The notes beneath the pieces were generated by a model. The model was not told the origin of the DNA. It worked only from the letters and a program-made list of their open reading frames with translations, and made no database searches. The position numbers were made by a program, and so were the translations under genes. 64,000 nt of DNA from Chloroflexota bacterium (GTDB taxonomy: Bacteria; Chloroflexota; UBA11872; VXOZ01): positions 448,001-512,000 of the forward strand of contig CAXXVD010000003.1 of assembly GCA_963662335.2 (NCBI GenBank), read 5' to 3'. Below are positions 39,853 to 48,881 of the stretch, in pieces. Every line of letters starts with the position of its first letter. Positions within the stretch are counted from its first letter, which is position 1.

Positions 39853-41010
39853 CTAAAACACGACTGGCGAGAACGTCTCTCTCAGCCAAGCGATTAGCCA
39901 CTCTAGCGCGGCGCCGGCGTCCACACTTATTCTGCCTGCTCCAACCTGTATGAAACCCCATGTACCTTGCAACCACTGGGAAACATCGTCCGCTTCCCGC
40001 AGGACCCATTCAGAGGCATCTCCCAATTGCTGCTGAAATCTCGCGAAAACACTCGAAGCTTCCTCCCACACCTGCATTGGGACAGCCTTTGACTCGTCCC
40101 AAGCTTCCTGTAATTGTGCGATTCCGACGCGCTGCTTCCACTCTGTGCCTAGAGTGTAGAACCGGTGCCCTACCAGAGCAAAACTCACAAATGCCATCGG
40201 CAGGGTCATGTGGCTCAGAACCGGCAATAGTGGGGGAAAGACGATTGTCAGGCCTACCACGAGTCCTGTAACTACAATGGCAAGAGCGGCGTTCTGTAGC
40301 AAGTGCTGCGCGATCTTGGAGTGCATCTCGGCCTGGCTCAACTTGCCCTCTTGGTACAATAGCCCGTATTCCATTACGGCGAACGTGCCTTCAGTCACGG
40401 CAACGACCAGGCCCCCACCTACCATGGAACTGGCCGTAAGCCTTACGGAGCTTCTCACTGCTTCCGTGTTCAAGGCGGCTCGCGCCTGCGCAATCTCCTC
40501 CGCAGTCATCGGCGCTGCGCCTCTAATCCGATTCAGCATTTTATCTTCAAAGATGCCGGCGGTGGCGCTATCACTTCCACCCAGACTTTGCGGAATGAAG
40601 TGACTCCAGTCGCGTGATGAGTGAAAGTTCCGTACCGCATCGGGGCCGCCCATGCGCACCTCCTTCGGAATGGTCTCCCAGATTGACTGTGCACCCACGA
40701 GATTCCGATACGTGCTGCCTGCGTTCCGATAATACCTGGTCAGGTCTGGCGGCAGAGTATTGAAGTTGAGATTGTCCAGCCAACTCTTGGCGAACATGCC
40801 AGAGACCCAGAACGGCAGAGCACCGGTGCGAACGTACTGAAGCAGCAATGACTCCAGGCTGATGCTCTCACGCTTTTCTTCCGCGACTATTGTCGATATG
40901 TCCTCTTTTGTAGAGTCATCCGAGCCTCCACAGCCATGGGCCAAGAGGCTAGTACCAATCAATAGGACAATTTCCCTGCGGAACATCCCCGCCTGTGGCC
41001 GTGACACCAC
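39853..41010 (-). CDS. Hypothetical membrane protein with an HNH-like segment
   Basis: Signal/lipobox-like N-terminus; DWSHFIPQSLGG...EDKMLNRIRG; C-terminal transmembrane helices. Confidence 0.7.
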   Translation of the reverse strand: MVSRPQAGMFRREIVLLIGTSLLAHGCGGSDDSTKEDISTIVAEEKRESISLESLLLQYVRTGALPFWVSGMFAKSWLDNLNFNTLPPDLTRYYRNAGSTYRNLVGAQSIWETIPKEVRMGGPDAVRNFHSSRDWSHFIPQSLGGSDSATAGIFEDKMLNRIRGAAPMTAEEIAQARAALNTEAVRSSVRLTASSMVGGGLVVAVTEGTFAVMEYGLLYQEGKLSQAEMHSKIAQHLLQNAALAIVVTGLVVGLTIVFPPLLPVLSHMTLPMAFVSFALVGHRFYTLGTEWKQRVGIAQLQEAWDESKAVPMQVWEEASSVFARFQQQLGDASEWVLREADDVSQWLQGTWGFIQVGAGRISVDAGAALEWLIAWLRETFSPVVF

Positions 41011-41296
41011 GCATATCCCCCCTTCATTTCTGAACTCATGTTGACAGCCGACCCAACTGCCTCAGCACTAGAATTTGTCGAAAGAAGCTCTTATCGCGAC
41101 ATTAGAACCACCGCATACTCCAGTCAACGACTTTGTACGAACCACTGCTCGGCAGTCTTATTATGGGGGGGGGGAGGGGACGCGTCAATTGTCAAGTTAG
41201 AAAGAGGGGCTTCTGGTCTGTCAACCCCTTGCCATCACTTTGAGGGTATAGTATGCTTGCTAATGGAAGGAAGCTAAGGATTGAGAGGACTTGACA

Positions 41297-41569
41297 ATGC
41301 CTACCGCTGCGCGTCCTGCTTCTTTGGAGGAGAACATAGCCGCATACGATGACATGCGCGAGGAGCTAGAGAGTACCAGCTTTGGCAAGTGGGTTGTATT
41401 CCATAACTGCCAGTTGATAGGCTCTTATCGCTCTTTCTCCGAAGCCGCCGACCAGGCGCTTGAATCCTTTGCAGATGAAGACCCCTACCTGATTCGGCAA
41501 GTCAGAAACTACCCGGACCATCTTCCAGTCTCCGCCCTCATAGAGGGAGGCAGAATTGCCAATCGCTAA
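41297..41569 (+). CDS. Small DUF5678-like protein
   Basis: ENIAAYDDMREELE...GKWVVFH...F..PYLIRQV; overlaps the protease start. Confidence 0.75.
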   Translation: MPTAARPASLEENIAAYDDMREELESTSFGKWVVFHNCQLIGSYRSFSEAADQALESFADEDPYLIRQVRNYPDHLPVSALIEGGRIANR

Positions 41570-41981
41570 CATTGGGCCTTTGGACAGAAATCTCTTAATC
41601 CAAGATGGCCCACGGATAGACGTAAAGATTGGCTTCAACACACCGCTCAAAGATAAGCCTGCAATGTCTGCACTTCTGGATACTGGCGCAACTTACTGCT
41701 GCATCGACGTAGAGCTTGCGGGTACGTTGGGCCTTAAACAGATTGACGCTCGAAAGGTTGTCGGTGCACATGAAACGAAATGTATACCTTTCTTTATGAC
41801 AGACATTTTCATACCTGAGTTGAACAAGGCTTGGCGAGAAGAATTCGGCGGATTACCCCTACAAGAAAACGGGTTCGACCTCAAGGTAATCATTGGAAGA
41901 TTCCTGTTAGGCGACATGAACCTGCATTACGAGGGGAGCACTGGAAAAGTGCAATTGGAATTGCAACTCAGCGAGACCTAA
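41556..41981 (+). CDS. Retropepsin-like aspartyl protease
   Basis: ALLDTGAT and IIGRFLL; GGAGG RBS with TTG start. Confidence 0.88.
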   Translation: MPIANIGPLDRNLLIQDGPRIDVKIGFNTPLKDKPAMSALLDTGATYCCIDVELAGTLGLKQIDARKVVGAHETKCIPFFMTDIFIPELNKAWREEFGGLPLQENGFDLKVIIGRFLLGDMNLHYEGSTGKVQLELQLSET

Positions 41982-41998
41982 GAGCATTGAAAACCACC

Positions 41999-42028
41999 AA
42001 GAAACCTCCGCAATTGCGGGGGTTTCTT
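41999..42028. terminator. Bidirectional hairpin terminator
   Basis: AAGAAACCTCCGCA/TGCGGGGGTTTCTT between convergent genes. Confidence 0.7.
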
Positions 42029-42135
42029 GTTATTGGTCACTAGGTTATATAATTGGGTCCGCCTGCTGTAGATTCCTCGCTGCGCTCGGAATGACATTAC
42101 CTCAGGGAACGACATCAGAGGCACACGCAATAGCA

Positions 42136-43632
42136 TTAGAACCACCGCGTAATCACCACTTTCCGTTCGGTGAAGAAATCGATCGCGTCCCTCCCCTGGC
42201 CGTGGAGGGTGCCGAAGAAGGACTCTTTCGCGCCGCTGAAGGGGAAGTAGGCCATGGGCGCGGCCACGCCGACGTTGATGCCGATGTTGCCGGTGGGGGC
42301 GCGGTAGCGGAACTCGCGGGCGGCGGCGCCGTCCTGGGTGAAGATGGAGGCGGCGTTGCCGTAGCGCTGGTTCTCGATGAGGGTGATGGCGCCGTCGAGG
42401 GTCTCCACGTGGGTCATGCTGAGCACCGGGCCGAAGATTTCGTCGGTAAAGAGCGCCATGTCGGGCTGGACCCGGTCGAAGATGGTCGCGCCGACGAACG
42501 CGCCGTTGGGGTCCTGGGCCGCGGCGGTTTCGCGCCCATCCAGGAGCAAGGCCGCGCCTTCGTCCACGCCGCGTTCGATGTAGCCGAGGATGCGCTCCTT
42601 GGCGGTCTGCGAGATTACCGGGCCGAGTTCCACGCCCTCGTCCGCGCCGTTGCCGACTGCCAGGGAACCGGCGGCCGCAACGATAGCGTCCCGCACGCGG
42701 TCGTGGCCGTCGCCCACGGTCACCACCACCGAACCGGCCAGGCAGCGCTGGCCGGCGGAGCCAAACGCCGAGTTGATCACGTTGCTCACGGTCTCGTCGA
42801 GCGCGGCGTCGGGCATGACCACCAGCACGTTCTTCGCGCCGCCCTGGGCCTGGACGCGCTTGCCCTGCTCGCCGGCGCGGGCGTAGAGATAGCGGGCGGT
42901 GGGCGTGGAGCCGACGAACGAAAGGCCGCGCACCAGCGGATTGTCCAGCAGGGCGTCCACGGCCTCTTTCGCGCCGTTCACCACGTTGATGACGCCGGGC
43001 GGAAAGCCGCATCGGTCGAGTTCTTCGAACACCAACTGCATGCTGGTGGGCACCTGCTCGGAGGGCTTGATGATGTACGTGTTGCCGCAGGCGACGGCAT
43101 ACGGCCAGAACCAGAACGGCACCATCAGCGGAAAGTTGAAGGGACACACCGCCGCGAACACCCCCAGCGGCTGGCGCACCACGTCCTCGTCGATGCCCTT
43201 GGCCGCGCCGTCCTCCAGGCCGTAGCCCATGAGCAGCGAGGGAATGCCGCACGCCACTTCCACGTTCTCGATGGCGCGGCGCACGGAGCCGCGGGCGTCC
43301 TCCAGGGTCTTGCCGTGCTCGCGGGTGACGGCGCGGGCAAAGTCCTCGAACCGCGCTTCCATGCGCGCTTTGACCGCAAAGAGCAGGCGCGAGCGCTCCA
43401 ACGGCGGCGTGGCGCGCCACTCCGGAAAAGCCGCCTGCGCCGCCGCCACCGCCGCGTCGGTGTCCGCTTTGGTGGATAGCGGCACGTGCGCGATGGTCTC
43501 GCCGTTTGCCGGGTTCGTAACGTCCAGGTAGTTCTCGGTCTGCGGGGTTACCCACGCGCCGCCGACGTAGTTGCGGAGCTTGGGGGCGTTGGTGTCCGCG
43601 CCGGTTGTAGTTTGCTTGAGTTGGGTTTGCAT
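42136..43632 (-). CDS. mmsA: CoA-acylating methylmalonate-semialdehyde dehydrogenase
   Basis: PFNFPLM, KPSEQVP, SFVGST, GGAKN, AFGSAGQRCLA and EIFGPVL. Confidence 0.93.
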   Translation of the reverse strand: MQTQLKQTTTGADTNAPKLRNYVGGAWVTPQTENYLDVTNPANGETIAHVPLSTKADTDAAVAAAQAAFPEWRATPPLERSRLLFAVKARMEARFEDFARAVTREHGKTLEDARGSVRRAIENVEVACGIPSLLMGYGLEDGAAKGIDEDVVRQPLGVFAAVCPFNFPLMVPFWFWPYAVACGNTYIIKPSEQVPTSMQLVFEELDRCGFPPGVINVVNGAKEAVDALLDNPLVRGLSFVGSTPTARYLYARAGEQGKRVQAQGGAKNVLVVMPDAALDETVSNVINSAFGSAGQRCLAGSVVVTVGDGHDRVRDAIVAAAGSLAVGNGADEGVELGPVISQTAKERILGYIERGVDEGAALLLDGRETAAAQDPNGAFVGATIFDRVQPDMALFTDEIFGPVLSMTHVETLDGAITLIENQRYGNAASIFTQDGAAAREFRYRAPTGNIGINVGVAAPMAYFPFSGAKESFFGTLHGQGRDAIDFFTERKVVITRWF

Positions 43633-43757
43633 GGGTCAATCCTTAGTGATCTACGGGCAGCGCATACGCTACTCATCAAATTCAAAGACTAGACGGTAGT
43701 CATTATAGTGTATGTGCTAGGCAATGGCTGTGTGGACTTTTCAGTCAACGCCAAGAG

Positions 43758-43856
43758 GCGGGGGACAAGCCCCCGCGCTACGTTAATGCGACACTATCGG
43801 GGACTAGCCCCGCGCTACGTTAATGTGACACTATCGGGGACTAGCCCCCGCGGTAC
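43758..43856. repeat. Tandem amplification of a family E hairpin plus linker (about 37-bp unit, 2.5 copies)
   Basis: GGGGAC(A/T)AGCCCC(C)GCGCTACGTTAATG(C/T)GACACTATC repeated. Confidence 0.85.
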
Positions 43857-43897
43857 GGCTTACAAGATAGACCCGCGAAAGTGATGCTCTCTGCCAC

Positions 43898-43927
43898 TTG
43901 ACGCGCCGTGGCCGGGCATTGGATAAT
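43898..43927 (+). promoter_or_regulatory. Sigma70-type promoter of the erm-like gene
   Basis: TTGACG-N18-GATAAT. Confidence 0.6.
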
Positions 43928-43965
43928 GGATATGAAGGAGCCTTGTATGCCTGTGGTAATCATCC

Positions 43966-44748
43966 GTGTCCGGGGAACGCTCCCGGGCCCCTCGGCGACC
44001 CGAACTCTCGCAGCACTTCCTGCGGAGCGGCGCGCTCGCCGCTAGCCTCGTCGCGCACTCGTCGGTCTCACGTGATGACCTCGTCGTAGAGATTGGCCCG
44101 GGCCGGGGCTTGTTGACACACGCCTTGGCGCGCCGGGCCGGTCACGTTGTAGCGGTAGAGATTGACGCCCGCCTTGCGGATCACCTCCGATCCAGTGCGC
44201 AGTCCAACGTGGACGTGGTTACGGGTGACTTCTTCAGGTTTTGCGCACCATCCCGTCCGCATAAGGTCTTTGCCAACTTGCCTTTCGCGCGCACAGCCGA
44301 CATTATGCGTCACCTGACTGAAACGCCGACGCTCACCGAAGCCTACCTTGTGGTACAGCGAGAGGCCGCTGAGAGGTTCGCCGGCTATCCCTACGAAGAC
44401 GAGACGATTCGTTCGCTCTCGCTGAAGCCCTGGTGGCATGTGGAAATCCTGCGGCGACTCCGCAGAACCGACTTCGCGCCTGTGCCCAATGTCGATGCGG
44501 CCCTCCTCTGGCTGATGCGCCGCGATAGGCCGCTAGTCCAGGGGGCAGAAGGAGACACATACCTGCGCTTCATTGAAAGTCAACTGGGTACAACACGCAC
44601 GGTCCGGGCAGCATTGCGGAGACTTTTGACACACAAGCAGATGCGTCGGCTTGCCCGCGATCTTCGATTCTCGCTGGATGCGCGCCCCAGCGAACTGAGC
44701 TTTGAGCAATGGCTGGGGGTTTTCCGATTTCACTCGATCCACCGCTAG
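43966..44748 (+). CDS. Erm/KsgA-family rRNA adenine N6-methyltransferase, Erm-like
   Basis: SQHFL, VEIGPGRG, VEID, GDF, ANLPF, FAPVPNVD and LSFEQWLGVF. Confidence 0.88.
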   Translation: MSGERSRAPRRPELSQHFLRSGALAASLVAHSSVSRDDLVVEIGPGRGLLTHALARRAGHVVAVEIDARLADHLRSSAQSNVDVVTGDFFRFCAPSRPHKVFANLPFARTADIMRHLTETPTLTEAYLVVQREAAERFAGYPYEDETIRSLSLKPWWHVEILRRLRRTDFAPVPNVDAALLWLMRRDRPLVQGAEGDTYLRFIESQLGTTRTVRAALRRLLTHKQMRRLARDLRFSLDARPSELSFEQWLGVFRFHSIHR

Positions 44749-44967
44749 CGGTGTGTCAACCGGCAAGCCGCTTCAGAATCAAGAATCTTGGTGCTCGGAT
44801 GGCGGACTAGAAACGGGGTAGGGGCACGGCATGCCGTGCCCCTACCCCTCTCTTCGCCCTCACCCTAGCCCTCTCCCAGCGGGAGAGGGAACCGGAGAGC
44901 AACGGGAAGCGTCACGCCTCGCCAGGCTTGGCTTCCCTGGTTTCTTACCTGTCCGCTTGCCTCCGGG

Positions 44968-46338
44968 CTATGACGCATTCTCCTTTTCCCACGTGTCCAG
45001 TTCCACCTGCATGCCCTCCATGCCCATGTCGATGGCTTCCTCGGCGGTGATGTTGCCTTCATCCACGAACTGGATGATGCCCGCCGTGGCGGCCTGGTAG
45101 AGCGGGCTGGACGCCGGGTGCGGGAAGAAGCTGGTGGCGTAGCCGATAGCCTTCACGAAGGCGCTCATGTCCGCCGGCCGGGGGTCGTCCGCCGGCGGCA
45201 CAAAGGTATCGCCGGCCGAGAGCATCGCCGGCGCGGCCCAGCCTTCGCCGCCCATCCAGCGCTGGTGCTTCTCGCCCATGGTCCAGAGCGCGAACGTCTG
45301 GGCGTCCGGGTTTTCGGCGCCGCCGGCCAGCACGCTCATTTGCTCGTGGCCGTTAAATGCGCCGCGCACCTTGGTGCCGGTGATGGCGGTATAGGGCACT
45401 TCCACCGTGGAAAACGCGAACGGGTCCGCTTCCCGGAAGGGCTTCATGATGAAGGTGCCGCCGGGCACCATGGCAAACTTGCCGTTGGGGAAGTTGGGAT
45501 TGCCGTAGTAGTCCTCGGCCTCTTTCAGCGTGGCCCGGTCGGGAGCGGCGCGGAACTTCTCGATCGAGTCCTTCAGGATCAACTGGGTGAGGTGAATGGC
45601 GATGTCGCGATTCACGTTCATGTTGCCGTCGGAATCCAACATGCCCGCGTAGAGGTACGGGAAGTAACTCCAGGCGTAGCTCATGGTGGAGATGCCCCAG
45701 CGGGTGCGCTCCTCGCCCTGGTTCAGGCGGCCGGCGATGTCGGCGGAAATCGCGATGGTCTCTTCCCACGACATGTCGTTCGTGGGCGGATTCTGGCCGG
45801 CTTCATCGAACATGTCGCCCCGATAGAAGAAGGCGGTGGTGTTGGAGCCGGTCGGGAAGCCCATGGTCTTGCCGCGCCAGGTGACGGCGTCGAAGAGCCG
45901 CCCGGCGTACTCGGCCTGATTGATGCCGCCCGCGGCCATGATCGGCCCGGCGTCCAGCCACTGCTCCGCCAGAATGTGCGGCGCGGACGAGGTGTTCGCG
46001 ATGTCCGGAATCTCGCCGGCGGCCAGCAACGGCGGTAGGCTGCGCTTCCAGTGTTCCCACGTGATCTTCCACGTGACCTCGGGATGCTCTTCGCCAAAGA
46101 GCGCCATGGCGGTGTTCCAACGCAGTTGGCTGGTCTCGTCGCCCATCCAGACGGCCCAGACCGGCTTGTGCTCCACTGCGGGCGCTTCCGCGGCCGCTTC
46201 CTTGGGCGCGGCTTCCGCTTGCTCGGCAGCCGGCGCGGCCGCGGTCTGCACCTGGCCGCACGCGGCGAGCAGCGCGGCGCCGGAAACGCCGAGCGCGCCG
46301 CCAAGCATCGTTCTGCGGGATAGTTTCGTTGTTGACAT
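44968..46338 (-). CDS. Carbohydrate ABC solute-binding lipoprotein (Tat), no adjacent permease
   Basis: SRRTML with LAAC lipobox, LAAGEIPDI, FYRGDMFDEAG and GKFAM. Confidence 0.88.
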   Translation of the reverse strand: MSTTKLSRRTMLGGALGVSGAALLAACGQVQTAAAPAAEQAEAAPKEAAAEAPAVEHKPVWAVWMGDETSQLRWNTAMALFGEEHPEVTWKITWEHWKRSLPPLLAAGEIPDIANTSSAPHILAEQWLDAGPIMAAGGINQAEYAGRLFDAVTWRGKTMGFPTGSNTTAFFYRGDMFDEAGQNPPTNDMSWEETIAISADIAGRLNQGEERTRWGISTMSYAWSYFPYLYAGMLDSDGNMNVNRDIAIHLTQLILKDSIEKFRAAPDRATLKEAEDYYGNPNFPNGKFAMVPGGTFIMKPFREADPFAFSTVEVPYTAITGTKVRGAFNGHEQMSVLAGGAENPDAQTFALWTMGEKHQRWMGGEGWAAPAMLSAGDTFVPPADDPRPADMSAFVKAIGYATSFFPHPASSPLYQAATAGIIQFVDEGNITAEEAIDMGMEGMQVELDTWEKENAS

Positions 46339-46638
46339 CGAATGTATCTCCTATCGCTGTACCACCGGAAACTTCCGACTGTCACAGGCCAACGCTTTGC
46401 TCTTGGCTACCCGCGCGCCGCGTACAAGTGACCGGCGCGCGCATGGCGGAGGGAGCATGGACCTGTGCCTGCGCTACAACCTCCTTTGCTCTGCGTTGCA
46501 CGTGGGTATACGATATTCTGACAGAGAGTGCTTGTCAAGGATATCATTGCCACCGGCGCGTGCCGGGCGGCTCGTTCGGCGGCTGGCGCTGCGCTGATGT
46601 CGCGGAGAATTGGGATTCAATCCCGCCGGCCGGCAGGT

Positions 46639-46971
46639 CTAGTCGCCGGCGGCGCCTGCCTGTTCCTGCTGGGCGTTGTAGCGGGCTATGGCGTCTTCCA
46701 ACCGGGACGAATTCGCTTTGGCCAACAGCCGGATGTCGGCCAAGAGTATGGGTGCGGACTCCGTGACCTTGCTCTCGGCCCGCCGTTTCAGCCTCTTTTG
46801 CCAGAAGAGCGACAACACCAGCGCCACGATTGCTACCGCCGCCAGGCCATAGGCCAGCCGGGCCGCGAGTTCGCTATCGGTGAGCGCGGCATCCGTGACC
46901 GAGGCCACGAAAACCAATGCGCACAGCCAGCTAAGGTTGACTACGCCGTCCCAAGAGCGCCAAAACCTCAT
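46639..46971 (-). CDS. Small two-TM hypothetical protein
   Basis: AAGGAGG RBS and two hydrophobic segments. Confidence 0.65.
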   Translation of the reverse strand: MRFWRSWDGVVNLSWLCALVFVASVTDAALTDSELAARLAYGLAAVAIVALVLSLFWQKRLKRRAESKVTESAPILLADIRLLAKANSSRLEDAIARYNAQQEQAGAAGD

Positions 46972-47007
46972 TTTCAATCCTCCTTGGTGACAGTATCCAA
47001 TGCACAC

Positions 47008-47841
47008 TCAAACGCCAAACAGCCGCTCGGCATTGCCCCGGCAGAGCGCCTGCTTCACGTCGTCCGGGGCCTCGGCGTGCTCGATGCTCAGCTTGGCCGA
47101 CTCGGCGTAGTTGATGGGCAGGTTGGAGCCAAAGAGCAGATGCTCTGGCCCCATGAGCGCGCAGAGGTCGTCCACGTCGCCGATCGGCCCCTGCACGCGG
47201 GAGTTCTCGAAATAGAGGTTGTCCTGGTGGTAGGCGTACGACCAGAGGCTCTGCACCTCGGAGAACGTGGCCCCGCAGATGAGGTAGCGGACGCCCGGAA
47301 AGCCGTTGACCGCCTCCGCCGCGTCGACCATGGTCACGGCGGGCACTTTCATCAGCCAGTGGGCAAAGCGGGGGTCTTCCACGCCAATGGAGATGAGCAC
47401 CACCAGGCCGTGCTCCTCGGCCTTGCCCAGCAGCGCCTGCGCCTGGTCGTCCAGGAAGTGGTACTGCTGGTAATTGGGATAGCCCCGCGCCTCGTTCATG
47501 CGCGGCACGTTGCCCTGTAGGCGGCTGTACTGATGGTAGTTCGGGTGCAGGCGCAGGTTCTTCATGCCGAAGTCGTTGAGGCAGATCTCCAGGTCGCGCT
47601 CCCAGCCGGGGAAGCCGGGATTGATGGTGTAGGCGGGTATGAAGCGGTCGGGATGCGCTTGCACAATGGCGTGTAGCTCTTGGTTGCCCACCAGCAGGTC
47701 TTTGTAGAAGACGTTTTCCAGGCGGGAGACCACGGCCTTTTCGATGCCGAGCGCGTCCATCTTGCGCAGGCGGTCGGCCGGCTGGGCGTACGGCAGGCGG
47801 CGAAACGGCCACTCGCCGAGAAAGGCGTTTGCGTCGATCAT
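47008..47841 (-). CDS. Amidohydrolase family protein
   Basis: MIDANAFLGEWPF, RLHPNYH, NLYFE, LLFGS and GNAERL. Confidence 0.85.
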   Translation of the reverse strand: MIDANAFLGEWPFRRLPYAQPADRLRKMDALGIEKAVVSRLENVFYKDLLVGNQELHAIVQAHPDRFIPAYTINPGFPGWERDLEICLNDFGMKNLRLHPNYHQYSRLQGNVPRMNEARGYPNYQQYHFLDDQAQALLGKAEEHGLVVLISIGVEDPRFAHWLMKVPAVTMVDAAEAVNGFPGVRYLICGATFSEVQSLWSYAYHQDNLYFENSRVQGPIGDVDDLCALMGPEHLLFGSNLPINYAESAKLSIEHAEAPDDVKQALCRGNAERLFGV

Positions 47842-48059
47842 CCGGGGGCTTTCCTATTGGCTAGTATTGACTCCGGCGCAATTCCGGTGCAGGCTCTTTC
47901 ATGTCATTCCGAGCGCAGCGAGGAATCTGGAGTCCACGCCGCGCGTAGTCCGACAGCCTATGGGCACTAGATTCCTCACTGCGCTGCGCTCCGTTCGGAA
48001 TGACATGCATGCACACAAGGCCGGTAAGGCGGCGCTTGTGCGAATGGCCGATTGGCAAC

Positions 48060-48836
48060 TCAGATGCTAGCACTGTCCAGCTCCTGCTGCCGGTCGAAGA
48101 CGCGCTGCGCGTTCGTAAAGAGTATCTGCTCCTTCTCCGCCGGCGTGAGGTCCGCGCCGAGAATCTTGGCCAGTTGCGAGGCAAACGACCGGCCGGAAGC
48201 GTCGCTGCCGTAGACCACGCGCTCCGCGCCGAGGTATTTCACCAGGATTTCGGTGTAGCCGTTGGTGGCCTCGTTGCCGCCCACGTCCATCAGGACGTTG
48301 TTCAGGCCCAGCGCGCACTTGGCGCCGACCTCGATGTCGCCGGTGGCGTGGCCGAAGAAGAACGTGACGTCCGGGTGCCGCAGCGCCATCTCGCGCATGT
48401 CCGGGCCGCTGGTCTCGGTGGGCAGGTTGCCGGTGCCTTCGGCGAACGTGTGCTGCAAGACCGGCAGCCGATGTTCGGCGCAGATATGCATTAGCCCGTC
48501 CACCTGCGGGTCGTTGCCGCGCACCGCTTCCCAGAGCTTGACCCCCTGGCGGCCGCGGTAGCCTTTCACCCGGCGTTCCAGTTCGTCGCAGGCGTACTGC
48601 CCGTGCACGGGATTGAGGTACCAGAAGGGAATCACCCGCCGGGGGTGCTGGCGCGCCAGTTCCAGGGTGCGGTCGTTGCAGGCCGTGACGAATTCACGAG
48701 ATGGAAAGTTGGGCGAGGCGCTGCCTTCCAGGTTGATGCTGTTGGTGCAGAGCGTCATGTCCAGGCGCTCGGCCTGGGCCAGCGCCCGCGCCATCATCCC
48801 CACGCTGCGGTAGTGCACGTGCACGTCGTAGATCAT
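48060..48836 (-). CDS. Amidohydrolase family protein
   Basis: DVHVH, GVKL, LQH, FGH and VYGSD. Confidence 0.9.
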   Translation of the reverse strand: MIYDVHVHYRSVGMMARALAQAERLDMTLCTNSINLEGSASPNFPSREFVTACNDRTLELARQHPRRVIPFWYLNPVHGQYACDELERRVKGYRGRQGVKLWEAVRGNDPQVDGLMHICAEHRLPVLQHTFAEGTGNLPTETSGPDMREMALRHPDVTFFFGHATGDIEVGAKCALGLNNVLMDVGGNEATNGYTEILVKYLGAERVVYGSDASGRSFASQLAKILGADLTPAEKEQILFTNAQRVFDRQQELDSASI

Positions 48837-48881
48837 CGCTTCCCCCTCGCCAACAGTGTACACCACGCCACGCGCCGGCGG

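Noticed and set aside
39000-42060. Prophage or integrative element
   Set aside because: No integrase, structural or replication genes and no att repeats seen
43758-43856. Mini-CRISPR
   Set aside because: The intervening segments are nearly identical to each other and the hairpin is the dispersed family E repeat
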